From NCBI GenBank assembly GCA_046074725.1, contig JBJTOU010000056.1:1-64000 (forward strand): a stretch of DNA of 64,000 bases, in the 5' to 3' direction. The notes beneath the pieces were generated by a model. That model searched no databases. It was not told where the DNA came from and saw only the letters and a list, made by a program, of their open reading frames with translations. Positions 27,412-37,309 of the stretch are shown here, one piece after another; the stretch's first letter is position 1, and each line of letters starts with the position of its first letter. The translations under genes and the position numbers were made by a program. Origin of the DNA: Planctomycetia bacterium. Its GTDB lineage: Bacteria > Planctomycetota > Planctomycetia > Pirellulales > UBA1268.

Positions 27412-28321
27412 TGTGGCAGCCGGTCGCAAGCTCGAAGCCGGCGAACGGCGCGAGCCGCGGGAGGATTTCGAGGTGCCAGTGCCAGCCGCCGACGGCTCGG
27501 CCACCGCATGGCGCCTGGTGGAGCCACCAGTTGTAGTCGGCCCCCGGCGCGGCCCGATCGATCGTGGCCACGATGCGCCGGGTGAGATCGGCCAACGCGG
27601 CGACCCGCTCATGCGATGTGGCATGGAAGTGCGGCTCGGGCTCGCGCGGCAGGATCCATGTCTCGAGCGGCTGGCGCGGCGCGGGGGGGATCATCGCGAC
27701 CAGGTCGGCCGCTTCCGCGACGACGCATCCATGGGCTTCGGCCCAGCGGATGAGATCCCCGAACGAGTGCCCCGGTTCAAGGAATGCGGCCAGTTCCGTT
27801 TCCATCACCGGGGGCACGAAATCGAGACCGATGAGCTGGCTGTGCACGTGCTCGAGCGATGCCCCGGCGGCCGGTCCTGAGTTTTTGAATACCGTGGCCC
27901 ACGCGATGCGGTCGGCCCCGTCGAGCATCGCCAGCCTCCGGCGCACCAGCGACCAGACCTCTCGCCATCGTGTCGCGTCGATGTCGAGGATCGATCGGTG
28001 ATGGTCGGCCGACTCGATGACCACGTCGTGGATGCCGTGCGCCGGTCGGACCGACGGATCATTTCCGGCACGGTCGCCGAGCCGTTCCACGATCGGGTAG
28101 CGGTTGGGGATGATCCGCGCATGCCACGGGGAGTCCGCCGTCTCCGGGGCATGAAGCAGGGCGGGCGGCGTGAGGGATTCGTGGCCCGCGCAAAACGGGC
28201 AGCCCTCTGCCGGAGTGCCGGAAGGCTTCTCGAGATCATTCGGACGATCGGCCCGCTTGGGGGCGACGACGACGGTCCGTGCAGCCAGAATGTGGCGGTG
28301 AATGCGGGGATCGCCTGACAT
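27353..28321 (-). CDS. Galactose-1-phosphate uridylyltransferase family (GalT/HIT-like nucleotidyltransferase)
   Basis: Zn site CPFCAGHE, NRYPIV, active-site HVHSQLIG (HxHxQ), and the second half-domain HWHLEILPRLAPFAGFELATG. Confidence 0.8.
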   Translation of the reverse strand: MSGDPRIHRHILAARTVVVAPKRADRPNDLEKPSGTPAEGCPFCAGHESLTPPALLHAPETADSPWHARIIPNRYPIVERLGDRAGNDPSVRPAHGIHDVVIESADHHRSILDIDATRWREVWSLVRRRLAMLDGADRIAWATVFKNSGPAAGASLEHVHSQLIGLDFVPPVMETELAAFLEPGHSFGDLIRWAEAHGCVVAEAADLVAMIPPAPRQPLETWILPREPEPHFHATSHERVAALADLTRRIVATIDRAAPGADYNWWLHQAPCGGRAVGGWHWHLEILPRLAPFAGFELATGCHITTLSPEDSARRMAAAGEA

Positions 28322-28390
28322 GGAACGCTCGGGTGCGGGACGGATGGATGCGCGATGGCATCAGTATCGCATGAACCACGGCCGGCCATG

Positions 28391-28419
28391 TTGAACGCCC
28401 CCGAACGCACCCGTACACT
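28391..28419 (+). promoter_or_regulatory. Sigma-70-like promoter candidate for the peroxiredoxin gene
   Basis: TTGAAC (28391-28396), exactly 17 nt, TACACT (28414-28419). AGGAGA at 28448-28453 lies 8 nt before ATG 28462. Confidence 0.4.
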
Positions 28420-28461
28420 CACGCACTCGTTTGTGCCCAATCGTTTCAGGAGACCAGCATC

Positions 28462-28992
28462 ATGCTCACCGTCGGCGACGCCTTTCCCAGGTTTTCCTGC
28501 CAGGCCTGCGTGGGGACCGAGAAGGACGACATCAAGCTCCTCACGAGCGACGACTACGCCGGCAAGTGGGTGGTCTACTTCTTCTACCCGAAGGATTTCA
28601 CGTTCGTCTGCCCGACGGAACTGGCCGAATTCAACAAGCAGCTCAAGGCCTTCGCCGATCGTGACACGAGCGTGGTCGGCGGGAGCACCGACAACGAGTG
28701 GTCCCACATGATGTGGCGGCGGTCGCACGCCGATCTCAAGGGCCTCGGCTACCCGCTGATCGCGGCGCAGAAAGTGGCGCCCGATCTCGGCATCCTCGAG
28801 AAGTCGGAGGGATATTGCCTGCGGGCCACGTTCATCGTCGATCCCCATGGGATCATCCAGTGGGTCGATGTGAATCAGGGCCGCGTGGGACGCAACGTGG
28901 CCGAGGTGCTCCGCGTGCTCGATGCGTTGCAAAGCGACGAACTGTGCCCCTGCAACTGGAAGAAGGGCGATCCCTACGTGAAGGTGGGGTGA
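28462..28992 (+). CDS. Typical 2-Cys peroxiredoxin (AhpC/Tsa family)
   Basis: KWVVYFFYPKDFTFVCPTE (peroxidatic Cys) and the C-terminal ELCPCNW (resolving Cys). Confidence 0.9.
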   Translation: MLTVGDAFPRFSCQACVGTEKDDIKLLTSDDYAGKWVVYFFYPKDFTFVCPTELAEFNKQLKAFADRDTSVVGGSTDNEWSHMMWRRSHADLKGLGYPLIAAQKVAPDLGILEKSEGYCLRATFIVDPHGIIQWVDVNQGRVGRNVAEVLRVLDALQSDELCPCNWKKGDPYVKVG

Positions 28993-29001
28993 GCCTCGCC
29001 C

Positions 29002-29379
29002 ATGTGGTCATCCCGTCGCTCATGGCGGCATAAGTTCGGCGACGCGTTCCGTGGGCTGCGGCGGGCGATCCGCAGCCAGACGAGCTTCGCCGTCCATCTC
29101 TGGGTGGCGGTGACGGTGGTCGTCGCGGCCGGCGTGCTGAAAGTGTCGCTGGTCGAATGGTGTTTGCTCGTGGGGGCGATCGGCTTCGTGCTCGTGGCGG
29201 AAGTGTTCAACACCGCGATCGAATCGCTGGCGAGGTCGCTCGACGTCGGCCGTCATCCCCGAATCCGGGACGCCCTCGACATGGCCAGCGCCGCGGTGCT
29301 GGTCAGCGGGATCACCGCCGCCTTGATCGGGGCGATCATTTTCGGAATGCGGGCCGTTGCATGGCTCAGGGCGTGGTAG
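29002..29379 (+). CDS. dgkA: Diacylglycerol kinase (prokaryotic DgkA family)
   Basis: 125 aa with three TM segments and the conserved AEVFNTAIE motif. Confidence 0.85.
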   Translation: MWSSRRSWRHKFGDAFRGLRRAIRSQTSFAVHLWVAVTVVVAAGVLKVSLVEWCLLVGAIGFVLVAEVFNTAIESLARSLDVGRHPRIRDALDMASAAVLVSGITAALIGAIIFGMRAVAWLRAW

Positions 29380-29402
29380 CGCGGGCCTGACCCTTCCTGC
29401 CT

Positions 29403-30692
29403 CTATCTGGCCCGCACGTCATAGCAGAGGATCGCGTCTCCCTCGCGGAGGTAGAGCATTCCGTCGAGGATGACCATGTGGGCCCAGCTTGGACGGTCGC
29501 CGCTGCCGGGAGTCTTGAACGACGATACTTCCCGATACGCGGCTGGGTCTGCCCGCACGAGCGAGACCGTGCCGTCGGCATAGCGGACGTAGACGTGGCC
29601 GTCGGCGGCGACCACGGTGGCCGAGCCCTTGCCGCTGCCCCGCTCCTTCCAGACGATTTTGCCCGTCTGCAGTTCGGCACAGACCAGGATCGGCTGATCG
29701 TCGGCACACCCGTAGAGATGATCTCCCACCAGGACGATGCCGCCATGCTTGTTGGCGAGTTCCTGCTTGAGTCCGTAGACCTCCTCGAATCGCACCGCTC
29801 CGCCCGGCCCCGCCACCTGCCGCACGAGCGCACCGCCCCGCTTGTAGCCGGCCGAGAAGAAGACGAGGTCGTCCTTGACGATCGGCGTCGGAATGACGGC
29901 CGTCGTCTGATCGATCGGATAGGCCCACAGGAAGCGGCCGGTCTGGGCCTCCACGGCGAACGCGCCGCTGGCGGTCGTCTGCACGTAGACCCGGGTGCCC
30001 TGCACCGTGCTCGTGACGATCGACGCATGGCCGGCACCCCGGTCGAGCTTCATCGGGCAGGTCCAGATCGTGCGGCCGGTCTTCTTGTCGAGGGCCACCA
30101 TCGACGCCTTCTCGCCGCCGGGCGTGCATACGAGCCGGTCGCCGTCGATCGTCACCGACTCGCTGTAGCCCCACGAATCCCCCTTCGTGCCGCCGAACTG
30201 TGCCTTGAGATCGATGCGGAACAGTTCCGTGCCATTGTCTGTGCGGCAGGCGACGAGCTGGCCATGAGGCGTGATCACGTAGACCCTCTCGCCATCGACG
30301 GTCGGCGTGCTGCGGGAGCTTTGCCATGACTCCTGACCATCGGTCCACGGTTGACCGGTCTTCGTCTTCCAGATCTGCTTGCCGGTGGCCCGGTCGAAAC
30401 AGGTGAGGTATTCGTCCGTGTCGGATGCGGTCGAGAGGCCGTCGCCGAGCGTGTATATCCGATCCCCGGCGATGGCGAGGCTCGCATAGCCGCGGCCGGC
30501 ACCGGCCGCCTGCCAGCCAAGCGCGGGCCCGTCGGCCGGCCAGGATTCGAGCAGGTCGGTGTCGGGCGCGACGGCCGAGCGGTCGGCGCCCCGGAATGTC
30601 GGCCAGTCGGATGCGATGCTCGTCGAGACACAGGCGGCCGCCGCCGCGGTCAGCAGGTGGAAGAGTATCGGTCCCGTGGCATCTGACCTCAT
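29403..30692 (-). CDS. Secreted PQQ-like beta-propeller repeat protein
   Basis: Signal peptide, then DWPTFRGADRS and repeated ...G...YA/LD..TGK..W blades (DRATGKQIWKT, DKKTGRTIWTC, AQTGRFLWAY, LQTGKIVWKE). Confidence 0.8.
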   Translation of the reverse strand: MRSDATGPILFHLLTAAAAACVSTSIASDWPTFRGADRSAVAPDTDLLESWPADGPALGWQAAGAGRGYASLAIAGDRIYTLGDGLSTASDTDEYLTCFDRATGKQIWKTKTGQPWTDGQESWQSSRSTPTVDGERVYVITPHGQLVACRTDNGTELFRIDLKAQFGGTKGDSWGYSESVTIDGDRLVCTPGGEKASMVALDKKTGRTIWTCPMKLDRGAGHASIVTSTVQGTRVYVQTTASGAFAVEAQTGRFLWAYPIDQTTAVIPTPIVKDDLVFFSAGYKRGGALVRQVAGPGGAVRFEEVYGLKQELANKHGGIVLVGDHLYGCADDQPILVCAELQTGKIVWKERGSGKGSATVVAADGHVYVRYADGTVSLVRADPAAYREVSSFKTPGSGDRPSWAHMVILDGMLYLREGDAILCYDVRAR

Positions 30693-30852
30693 CGCGGCGA
30701 CTCCACAAAAGGGGTCAAAACAAGCGTAAGACGGCGGCCGAGCCTACGGCCGGGAAAGCCGAACGGTCAATGACCAGGTTGAATTTGCAGGCTACACTTG
30801 AGGGACTTCACGACGCCAAAACCTGTGGCCCTGCGGTGTTGATCGAGGAGAG

Positions 30853-31350
30853 TTGCCCGTGACCGATTCCCCGGTGTCCGATTCGTTGTTTGGCCGGCGA
30901 ACGACTGTCGAGCAGGTCGAGGAGGGCCACGACCTCGCTCCGAAATTCGATGCCGCCGGACTGATCCCCTGCGTCACGACCGACATCGCGTCGGGCGAGG
31001 TGTTGATGGTGGCGGTGATGAACCGCGAGGCCCTCGCGAAGACGATCGAGACGGGCGAGGCGCACTACTGGAGCCGCAGCCGTCAGCAACTCTGGCACAA
31101 GGGTGCCACCAGCGGCCTGATCCAAAAGGTGGTCGAGATGCGGATCGACGACGACCAGGACTGTGTCTGGCTCCGCGTGGAGATCGCCGGCGGTGCCAGC
31201 TGCCACGTCGGCTACCGCTCCTGCTTCTACCGGAAGGTGCCCGTCGGGGCCGAGCGGAAGCAGGGAACGGCACTGGAGTTTCTCGAGCACGAGAAGGCCT
31301 TCGATCCGAAGGCCGTCTACGGCGATGCTCCGAATCCGACACAACTGTGA
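30853..31350 (+). CDS. hisI: Phosphoribosyl-AMP cyclohydrolase
   Basis: GLIPCVTTD...[77 protein letters not shown]. The start is ambiguous: TTG 30853 or GTG 30859, the latter 8 nt after GAGGAG. Confidence 0.85.
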   Translation: MPVTDSPVSDSLFGRRTTVEQVEEGHDLAPKFDAAGLIPCVTTDIASGEVLMVAVMNREALAKTIETGEAHYWSRSRQQLWHKGATSGLIQKVVEMRIDDDQDCVWLRVEIAGGASCHVGYRSCFYRKVPVGAERKQGTALEFLEHEKAFDPKAVYGDAPNPTQL

Positions 31351-31392
31351 TCCGGCCTGGCTCGCCGCGATCCGCCTGACCCGGGCCCACGC

Positions 31393-31935
31393 ATGCACGA
31401 CTCCACCGAACTCTCGCTCGTCCGACAGCTGAAATTCTGCGCGGGCCATCGCCTGTATCGGCACGAGGGCAAGTGCGCCTTTTTGCATGGCCACAACTAT
31501 CGGGTCGATATCGAGGTGGCGGCCGTGGCCGGAGGCTCCACGGTCGATGCCGTGGGCCGTGTCGTCGATTTTTCGCAGATCAAGAACAGGATGCTCGGCT
31601 GGCTCGACGCCAACTGGGATCATGCCTTCATCGTGTTCGCCGACGACGCAAACGCGCTGGAGGCCGTCCGCGCCGCCCGGCCGACGAAATACTTCGTGCT
31701 TCCCTGGAACCCGACGGCCGAGAACATGGCCCGCTACCTGCTCGAGGTGGTGGCCCCGAGCGTGCTCGGCGGCCTGGGCGTGGAGGCCCGGCGCGTGTGC
31801 GTGTGGGAGACCGACGAATCGTGCGCCGTCGCGACCAGGGGTGCCCGAGCCGCATCGGTAGCCACGATGGCCGTGCATTCGGCCGTCGTCATCGATGACC
31901 GCACGGAGGCTGGCGCCGGCCAGCCGCGCCCATGA
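31393..31935 (+). CDS. 6-carboxytetrahydropterin / 6-pyruvoyl-tetrahydropterin synthase family (QueD-like)
   Basis: FCAGHRLYRHEGKCAFLHGHNYRV (Cys and His Zn ligands) and DFSQIKNRMLGWLDANWDHAFI. Confidence 0.8.
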   Translation: MHDSTELSLVRQLKFCAGHRLYRHEGKCAFLHGHNYRVDIEVAAVAGGSTVDAVGRVVDFSQIKNRMLGWLDANWDHAFIVFADDANALEAVRAARPTKYFVLPWNPTAENMARYLLEVVAPSVLGGLGVEARRVCVWETDESCAVATRGARAASVATMAVHSAVVIDDRTEAGAGQPRP

Positions 31936-32936
31936 ACCCGGCCTTTCCCGCGACCCGCCTGCGGCGCACCCGCCAGTATGAATGGATTCGCCGCGCCGTC
32001 GCCGAGACATCCCTCTCACCGGCCGACCTGGTCTGGCCGCTGTTCGTGCACGACCATGAGGCAAGCCTGCCGGTGTCGAGCATGCCCGGTGTCGAGCGGC
32101 TCTCGATCGATGGCGTGGTGAAGGCGGCCGACGATGCCAAGCGGCTCGGTATCCCGGCCATCGCGCTGTTTCCAGTGGTGGAGCCGAAGCACAAGTCGGA
32201 CGACGCCCGGCATGCATTCGACCCCGACAACCTCGTCTGCCGCACCGTTCGCGCTGTCCGCGACCGGCTCGGCGACGAGGTGGGCTTGATCTGCGATGTC
32301 GCCCTCGACCCCTACACGAGCCACGGCCACGACGGACTGCTCGAGCATGGTCGGATCCTCAATGACGAGACGGTCGCCGTGCTCTGCAAGCAGGCCCTCG
32401 TGCTCGCGCAGTCGGGCTGCCACGTCGTGGCCCCCTCCGACATGATGGACGGCCGCGTGGGGGCGATCCGCACGGCGCTCGACGGGGCAGGGCGGCAGGA
32501 CATCTGCATCCTTTCCTACGCCGCCAAATACGCATCGGCCTTCTACGGCCCCTTCCGCGATGCCCTCGGCAGCGGTGGAGCGCTCGCGACCGCGGGGGCG
32601 CTCGGGTTGGGCGACAAGAAGACCTACCAGATGGATCCGGCCAACACCGACGAGGCGATCCGCGAGGTGGCGCTCGATCTCGGCGAAGGGGCCGACATGG
32701 TGATGGTGAAGCCGGCGATGACGTCGCTCGACATCATCCACCGCGTGAAACGGGAGTTTGGCGTGCCGACCCTCGCCTACCAGGTGAGTGGCGAATACGC
32801 GATGATCCGCGCGGCCGCCGACAACGGCTGGATCGACGGGGCCAAAGCCGCACTCGAAAGCCTGCTCGTGATCAAGCGGGCCGGTGCCGACGCGATCCTC
32901 AGTTATTTCGCCCCCGAGATCGCCCGCAGCCTGTAG
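31932..32936 (+). CDS. hemB: Porphobilinogen synthase (delta-aminolevulinate dehydratase)
   Basis: RLRRTRQYEWIRRAVAETSLSPADLVWPLFV, DPYTSHGHDGL, VAPSDMMDGRV, MVKPA (active-site Lys) and AYQVSGEYAM. Confidence 0.95.
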   Translation: MNPAFPATRLRRTRQYEWIRRAVAETSLSPADLVWPLFVHDHEASLPVSSMPGVERLSIDGVVKAADDAKRLGIPAIALFPVVEPKHKSDDARHAFDPDNLVCRTVRAVRDRLGDEVGLICDVALDPYTSHGHDGLLEHGRILNDETVAVLCKQALVLAQSGCHVVAPSDMMDGRVGAIRTALDGAGRQDICILSYAAKYASAFYGPFRDALGSGGALATAGALGLGDKKTYQMDPANTDEAIREVALDLGEGADMVMVKPAMTSLDIIHRVKREFGVPTLAYQVSGEYAMIRAAADNGWIDGAKAALESLLVIKRAGADAILSYFAPEIARSL

Positions 32937-32949
32937 CGACCGGCCGGGG

Positions 32950-33396
32950 CTACTCGTCCTCGTCGATCCGGCCTTCGATCGCGCTGCCGGAACGGCCATC
33001 GAGGCTCCATGGACCCGGCCCGTTGCCGATCAGGAACACCATCGTGCCCATGAGCGCCAGATTTTTCATGAACTGGATCATCTGGGGGCCGAATTCCGGG
33101 TCGTCCGGCGCGATTTTCCAGAAGTCGTGAAAGTAGTAGGTGGCCGCGGCCAAAAAGATAAGCAGCAACAACGCCCCGGTCTTGGCCCGGTAGCCCAGCA
33201 CGATCGACAGGCCGCCGAGCACCAGAAACGCGATCGCCCCGGCGAGAAGGATCTTCGGCTGGGGCACGCCCTCGTTGGTCATGGCCTGAACCACCTGCTG
33301 AAACTTCGGGATCTTGTTGCCGAAGGCACTCATCAGAAAGATCGCCGCGATCATGAGCCGGCCGAGCACGGCCAAAATGCCATTGATGAACCACAT
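32950..33396 (-). CDS. DoxX family membrane protein
   Basis: Start at ATG 33396 (MWFINGILAVLGRLMIAAIFL...). Four TM segments typical of DoxX. The longer ORF would run into mog. Confidence 0.7.
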   Translation of the reverse strand: MWFINGILAVLGRLMIAAIFLMSAFGNKIPKFQQVVQAMTNEGVPQPKILLAGAIAFLVLGGLSIVLGYRAKTGALLLLIFLAAATYYFHDFWKIAPDDPEFGPQMIQFMKNLALMGTMVFLIGNGPGPWSLDGRSGSAIEGRIDEDE

Positions 33397-33428
33397 GGGA
33401 AGACATCTCCTTCGAGGTGCCGGGAAGG

Positions 33429-33977
33429 CTACCCTTTCGGCCGGAATGACACGAGGCGAGTTGGGTCGGTTTCCAGCCGGGGTGGGTGCGGGTCGCCGGT
33501 GTGGATGAGGTCGATGCAGTAGGGAATCGCCGGAAACACGGCGTCGAGGCACTCGCGGATGCTCTTGGGCCTCCCCGGCAGGTTGACGACGAGGGCCCCG
33601 CCGCAGACACCGGCCGTCTGTCGCGAGAGGATCGCCGTGGGGACGTAGTTCAGCGATATCTGCCGCATCAGTTCGCCGAACCCGGGCAGCATCTTCGTGC
33701 AGACCCGCTCCGTCGCCTCGGGCGTGACATCGCGGGGCGCCGGGCCGGTGCCGCCGGTGGTGACGACCAGGCAGCAGCCGCCGTCGGCCATCGCGCGGAT
33801 CGCACCGGCGATCGTGTCGAGGTCGTCGGGCACGATCCGCTCACGGGCTTCCCACGGGGTCGTCAGCACCTCGGAGAGGTAGCCGCGGATCGCCGGCCCG
33901 CCCTCGTCGGCATACTCGCCGCCGCTGGCCCGGTCGGACACGGTGAGGATGCCGATGATGGCTGGAGTATGAGACAT
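33429..33977 (-). CDS. mog: Molybdopterin adenylyltransferase (Mog/MoaB family)
   Basis: IGILTVSDRASGGEYADEGGPAI, LVVTTGGTGPAPRDVTPEAT and LPGFGELMR...VNLPGRPKSIRECL. Confidence 0.85.
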   Translation of the reverse strand: MSHTPAIIGILTVSDRASGGEYADEGGPAIRGYLSEVLTTPWEARERIVPDDLDTIAGAIRAMADGGCCLVVTTGGTGPAPRDVTPEATERVCTKMLPGFGELMRQISLNYVPTAILSRQTAGVCGGALVVNLPGRPKSIRECLDAVFPAIPYCIDLIHTGDPHPPRLETDPTRLVSFRPKG

Positions 33978-33992
33978 GTGACTCACAACGCG

Positions 33993-34082
33993 TTGCCGCC
34001 GGGGCGGTACGAGTTCCCTCGCGGTGTCTCTCGCTTCGCTCGATCCAAATGCTCGGAATCCTCGCACCGACCCCGGCGTTCA
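33993..34082 (-). repeat. Copy A of a 90-nt hairpin-forming intergenic element (between the cysNC stop and the mog start)
   Basis: ttgccgccggggcggtacgag...ctcgcaccgaccccggcgttca. The termini form a 17-bp stem. The sequence is 85/90 identical to copy B in the same orientation. The strand was assigned because the single A.C mismatch on the plus strand becomes G.U on the minus strand. Confidence 0.85.
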
Positions 34083-34097
34083 CCTGTCCGATGGACC

Positions 34098-36032
34098 TCA
34101 GATGATCTCGTGTTGCTCCAAGAGCGAGATCACCGCGTCGACGCACCGGCCGACCGGCCATTCGTGGGTCGGGATCACGAGGTCGGGATTCGATGGCGGC
34201 TCGTAGGGGGCCGAGACGCCGGGAAAGTTGGCCAATTCGCCGGCATCAGCCAGTGCGTAGTGGCCGTCGGTGTCGCGTTGGCGGCAGACCTCGACGGGCG
34301 CCGAGAGGTGCACCACGAGGAGCCGGTCGCGGCCGAGCCGGTCGGCCGCCTTCTGCCGCACCGCTTCGTCGGGGGCCACGAAGGCACCGAGGCAGAGGAT
34401 GCCGGCGTCGTTGAAGAGCTTCGCCACTTCGACGCTGCGGCGGAGGTTTTCGCTCCGCTCGTCGGCCGTAAAGCCGAGGTCGCGGCTGATCCCCAGCCGC
34501 ATCGACTGGCCGTCGAGCACGACGACCGCGCGGCCCATGTCGAAGAGCCTTCGCTCGACCAGCCGGGCGATCGTCGACTTGCCCGATCCGGTGAGCCCCG
34601 TCAGGAGCACCGTGGCCGGCTTCTGTCCGAACCGCGCCTCCCGCTCGGCGGCCGTCACGCCGCTTGCCGTTTCGTGCAGGTGGCCGGCGGCGGGCTCGTC
34701 GTCCCAGTGGTCCTTGCGACCATCCTCCGGCTCACGGTCGAGGATCATGCCGGCGCCGACCGTCGCGTTGCTGACGCGGTCGATCATGATGAAGGCGCCC
34801 GTCGAACGGTTGCGACGGTAGGCGTCGTAGGCGATCGGGCTCGTGAGCGTGATGCCGCAGCGGCCGATCTCGTTGAGCGCGAGGGTCGGGGCCGGCTGGC
34901 GGTGAAGCGTGTTGATATCGACCCTGTAGCGGAGCGTGCCGACCGCGCCGGGCGTCAGCTTGCTCGTCTGCTTGAAGAGGTACTGCTTGCCCGGCACGAG
35001 CGGCTCCTCGCTCATCCAGACGACCATGGCGTCGAACTTCTGATCGACCTTCGGCACGTTGCCGGGCCGCACGAGCATGTCGCCACGGCTGGAGTCGATC
35101 TCGTCCTCGAGCGTGAGCGTGACCGACTGTGACGAGAACGCCTCTTCCAGTTCACCGTCGAAGGTCACGATCGACTTCACGCGGCTCCTCTTCCGCGACG
35201 GCAGCGACATCACCTCATCGCCCTTGCGGATGATGCCGGAGGCGATCGTGCCGGCGAATCCACGGAAATCGAGGTTGGGTCGCAGCACGAGCTGCACCGG
35301 GAACCGGAAGTCCTCCATGTTGCGGTCGGAGCCGATGTAGACATTCTCAAGAAGCGGCATCAGCGGCGAGCCCGTGTACCACGGCATGTTCGGGCTCGGC
35401 GCGACGACGTTGTCCCCTTTGAGCGCGGAGATCGGCATGAAATGGACGTCGGGAAGCTCCAGCCGCGACGCGAAGTCGATGGAATCGGCCTTGATCCTCT
35501 CGAACACGTCCTGGTCGTAGCCGACGATGTCCATCTTGTTGACGGCCACGACGATGTGCTTGATCCCCAGGAGCGACACGATGAACGAGTGCCGCTTTGT
35601 CTGCGGGAGCACACCATGGCGGGCGTCGATCAGGATGATCGCCAGATCGGCGGTCGAGGCGCCCGTCGCCATGTTCCGCGTGTACTGCTCGTGGCCGGGC
35701 GTGTCGGCGATGATGAACTTCCGCTTGTCGGTCGAGAAGTAGCGGTAGGCGACGTCGATCGTGATCCCCTGCTGGCGCTCGTCTTCGAGGCCGTCGGTGA
35801 AGAGGGCCAGGTCGACCTCCTCGCCCGTCGTGCCATACCGCGACGTATCCTTCTTGATCGCGGCGAGCTGATCTTCGTAGATCATCTTCGACTCGTAGAA
35901 GAGCCGGCCGATGAGCGTGCTTTTGCCGTCGTCCACGCTCCCGCAGGTGATGAACCGCAGCAGCTCCTTGCGCTCGTGCTGCGCGAGGTATTCGTCGATG
36001 TTCGAGGCGATCAGTGCCGATTGGTGGGACAT
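34098..36032 (-). CDS. cysNC: Bifunctional sulfate adenylyltransferase subunit 1 / adenylylsulfate kinase
   Basis: N-terminal GTPase [23 protein letters not shown] and NKMD. C-terminal APS kinase [17 protein letters not shown] at 36032 ([10 protein letters not shown]); the ORF-track start at 36056 is a TTG. Confidence 0.9.
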   Translation of the reverse strand: MSHQSALIASNIDEYLAQHERKELLRFITCGSVDDGKSTLIGRLFYESKMIYEDQLAAIKKDTSRYGTTGEEVDLALFTDGLEDERQQGITIDVAYRYFSTDKRKFIIADTPGHEQYTRNMATGASTADLAIILIDARHGVLPQTKRHSFIVSLLGIKHIVVAVNKMDIVGYDQDVFERIKADSIDFASRLELPDVHFMPISALKGDNVVAPSPNMPWYTGSPLMPLLENVYIGSDRNMEDFRFPVQLVLRPNLDFRGFAGTIASGIIRKGDEVMSLPSRKRSRVKSIVTFDGELEEAFSSQSVTLTLEDEIDSSRGDMLVRPGNVPKVDQKFDAMVVWMSEEPLVPGKQYLFKQTSKLTPGAVGTLRYRVDINTLHRQPAPTLALNEIGRCGITLTSPIAYDAYRRNRSTGAFIMIDRVSNATVGAGMILDREPEDGRKDHWDDEPAAGHLHETASGVTAAEREARFGQKPATVLLTGLTGSGKSTIARLVERRLFDMGRAVVVLDGQSMRLGISRDLGFTADERSENLRRSVEVAKLFNDAGILCLGAFVAPDEAVRQKAADRLGRDRLLVVHLSAPVEVCRQRDTDGHYALADAGELANFPGVSAPYEPPSNPDLVIPTHEWPVGRCVDAVISLLEQHEII

Positions 36033-36062
36033 AAGTAGTGTGAAATCCTGAAGCAAGCCACA

Positions 36063-36152
36063 TTGCCGCCGGGGCGGTACGAGTTCCCTCGCGGTGTCTC
36101 TCGCTGCGATCGATCCACATGCTCAGGATCCTCGCACCGACCCCGGCGTTCA
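36063..36152 (-). repeat. Copy B of the 90-nt hairpin-forming intergenic element (between the cysD stop and the cysNC start)
   Basis: Same 90-nt sequence as 33993-34082 with 5 substitutions, all in the central part. Confidence 0.85.
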
Positions 36153-36244
36153 GCATCTGGATGTGTGTCACGCATGAGATGTATCGTCGTCGTTGGATCC
36201 GACCCACGCGGAAAAAGGCCAGGGACGGCTTTTTCCGCGTATGG

Positions 36245-37159
36245 TTAGAAGTAGCCCTCTTTTTTCTTCTTTTCCATGCTGCCCGCCTCGTCGGAGTCGA
36301 TCAGGCGACCTTGGCGCTCCGAGAACGTCGTGAGCAGCATCTCCTGGATGATTTCGGGGAGTGTCGTCGCGGTGGAGTCGACTGCCCCGGAGAGAGGGTA
36401 GCAGCCGAGCGTGCGGAACCGCACGCGGCGCATCTCCGGCTCTTCGCCCGGCTTCAGCGGGAGGCGGTCGTCGTCGACCATGAGCATCACGCCGTCGCGC
36501 CAGACGATCGGCCTCTCGGCCGCGAAGTAGAGGGGCACGATCGGGATCTTCTCGAGGTGGATGTACTGCCAGACGTCGAGCTCGGTCCAGTTGGAGAGCG
36601 GGAACACCCGGATGCTCTCGTTCTTCCTCACCTTCGTGTTGTAGAGGTTCCAGAGTTCCGGTCGCTGGTTCTTCGGATCCCAGCGGTGGAACTCGTCGCG
36701 AAACGAGAACACCCGCTCCTTGGCCCGCGACTTCTCCTCGTCGCGACGGGCCCCGCCGAAGGCGGCGTCGAAGCGGTGCTTGTCGAGCGCCTGCCGCAGG
36801 GCCTGCGTCTTCATGATGTCGGTGTGGACCTTGCTGCCGTGCGTGATCGGGTTGATGCCCGCGGCCCGGCCTTCCTCGTTGACATGGACGATCAGCTTGA
36901 GGCCCAGATCCGTGGCGACGTACCCGTCGCGAAGCCTGTACATCTCGCGAAACTTCCACGTCGTGTCGATGTGCATCAACGGGAAGGGGGGCTTCGCCGG
37001 ATGAAAGGCCTTCTCGGCGAGGCGGACCATGACGGCCGAATCCTTGCCGATCGAGTAGAGCATCACCGGGTTTTCAAACTCGGCGGCCACCTCGCGGATG
37101 ATGTGGATGCTTTCGGCTTCGAGCTGGCGGAGGTGCGTGAGGTTGTAGGCGGTCATCAA
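36245..37159 (-). CDS. cysD: Sulfate adenylyltransferase subunit 2
   Basis: [38 protein letters not shown] (PP-loop SxGxDS), [12 protein letters not shown] and ...GYF at the C-terminus. Confidence 0.95.
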   Translation of the reverse strand: MMTAYNLTHLRQLEAESIHIIREVAAEFENPVMLYSIGKDSAVMVRLAEKAFHPAKPPFPLMHIDTTWKFREMYRLRDGYVATDLGLKLIVHVNEEGRAAGINPITHGSKVHTDIMKTQALRQALDKHRFDAAFGGARRDEEKSRAKERVFSFRDEFHRWDPKNQRPELWNLYNTKVRKNESIRVFPLSNWTELDVWQYIHLEKIPIVPLYFAAERPIVWRDGVMLMVDDDRLPLKPGEEPEMRRVRFRTLGCYPLSGAVDSTATTLPEIIQEMLLTTFSERQGRLIDSDEAGSMEKKKKEGYF

Positions 37160-37309
37160 CGGCTCGAGGCAAAATCGCGGAACCGGGTTAATTTAGGCAA
37201 TTTCGTCGGTGTTCGCCAATTCGGATTCGGTCGTTCGCGACTGGTTCTTTTCGTGGAGGTCCCGGATACTGTGGTCCGGTTCGTCCACCGTCACGCGGAG
37301 GTTTCCCTC

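Noticed and set aside
29419-30708. Second 429-aa ORF on the minus strand, overlapping the PQQ-propeller gene in another frame
   Set aside because: Its composition is Arg/Gly/Pro-rich with no motifs. The 29403-30692 frame has a signal peptide and repeated propeller blades.
33978-34097. The idea that the element upstream of mog is a molybdenum-cofactor (Moco) riboswitch
   Set aside because: The same 90-nt element also precedes cysNC. It is much shorter than the Moco motif, and I could not recognise the conserved Moco core. It is treated as an unclassified repeat instead.
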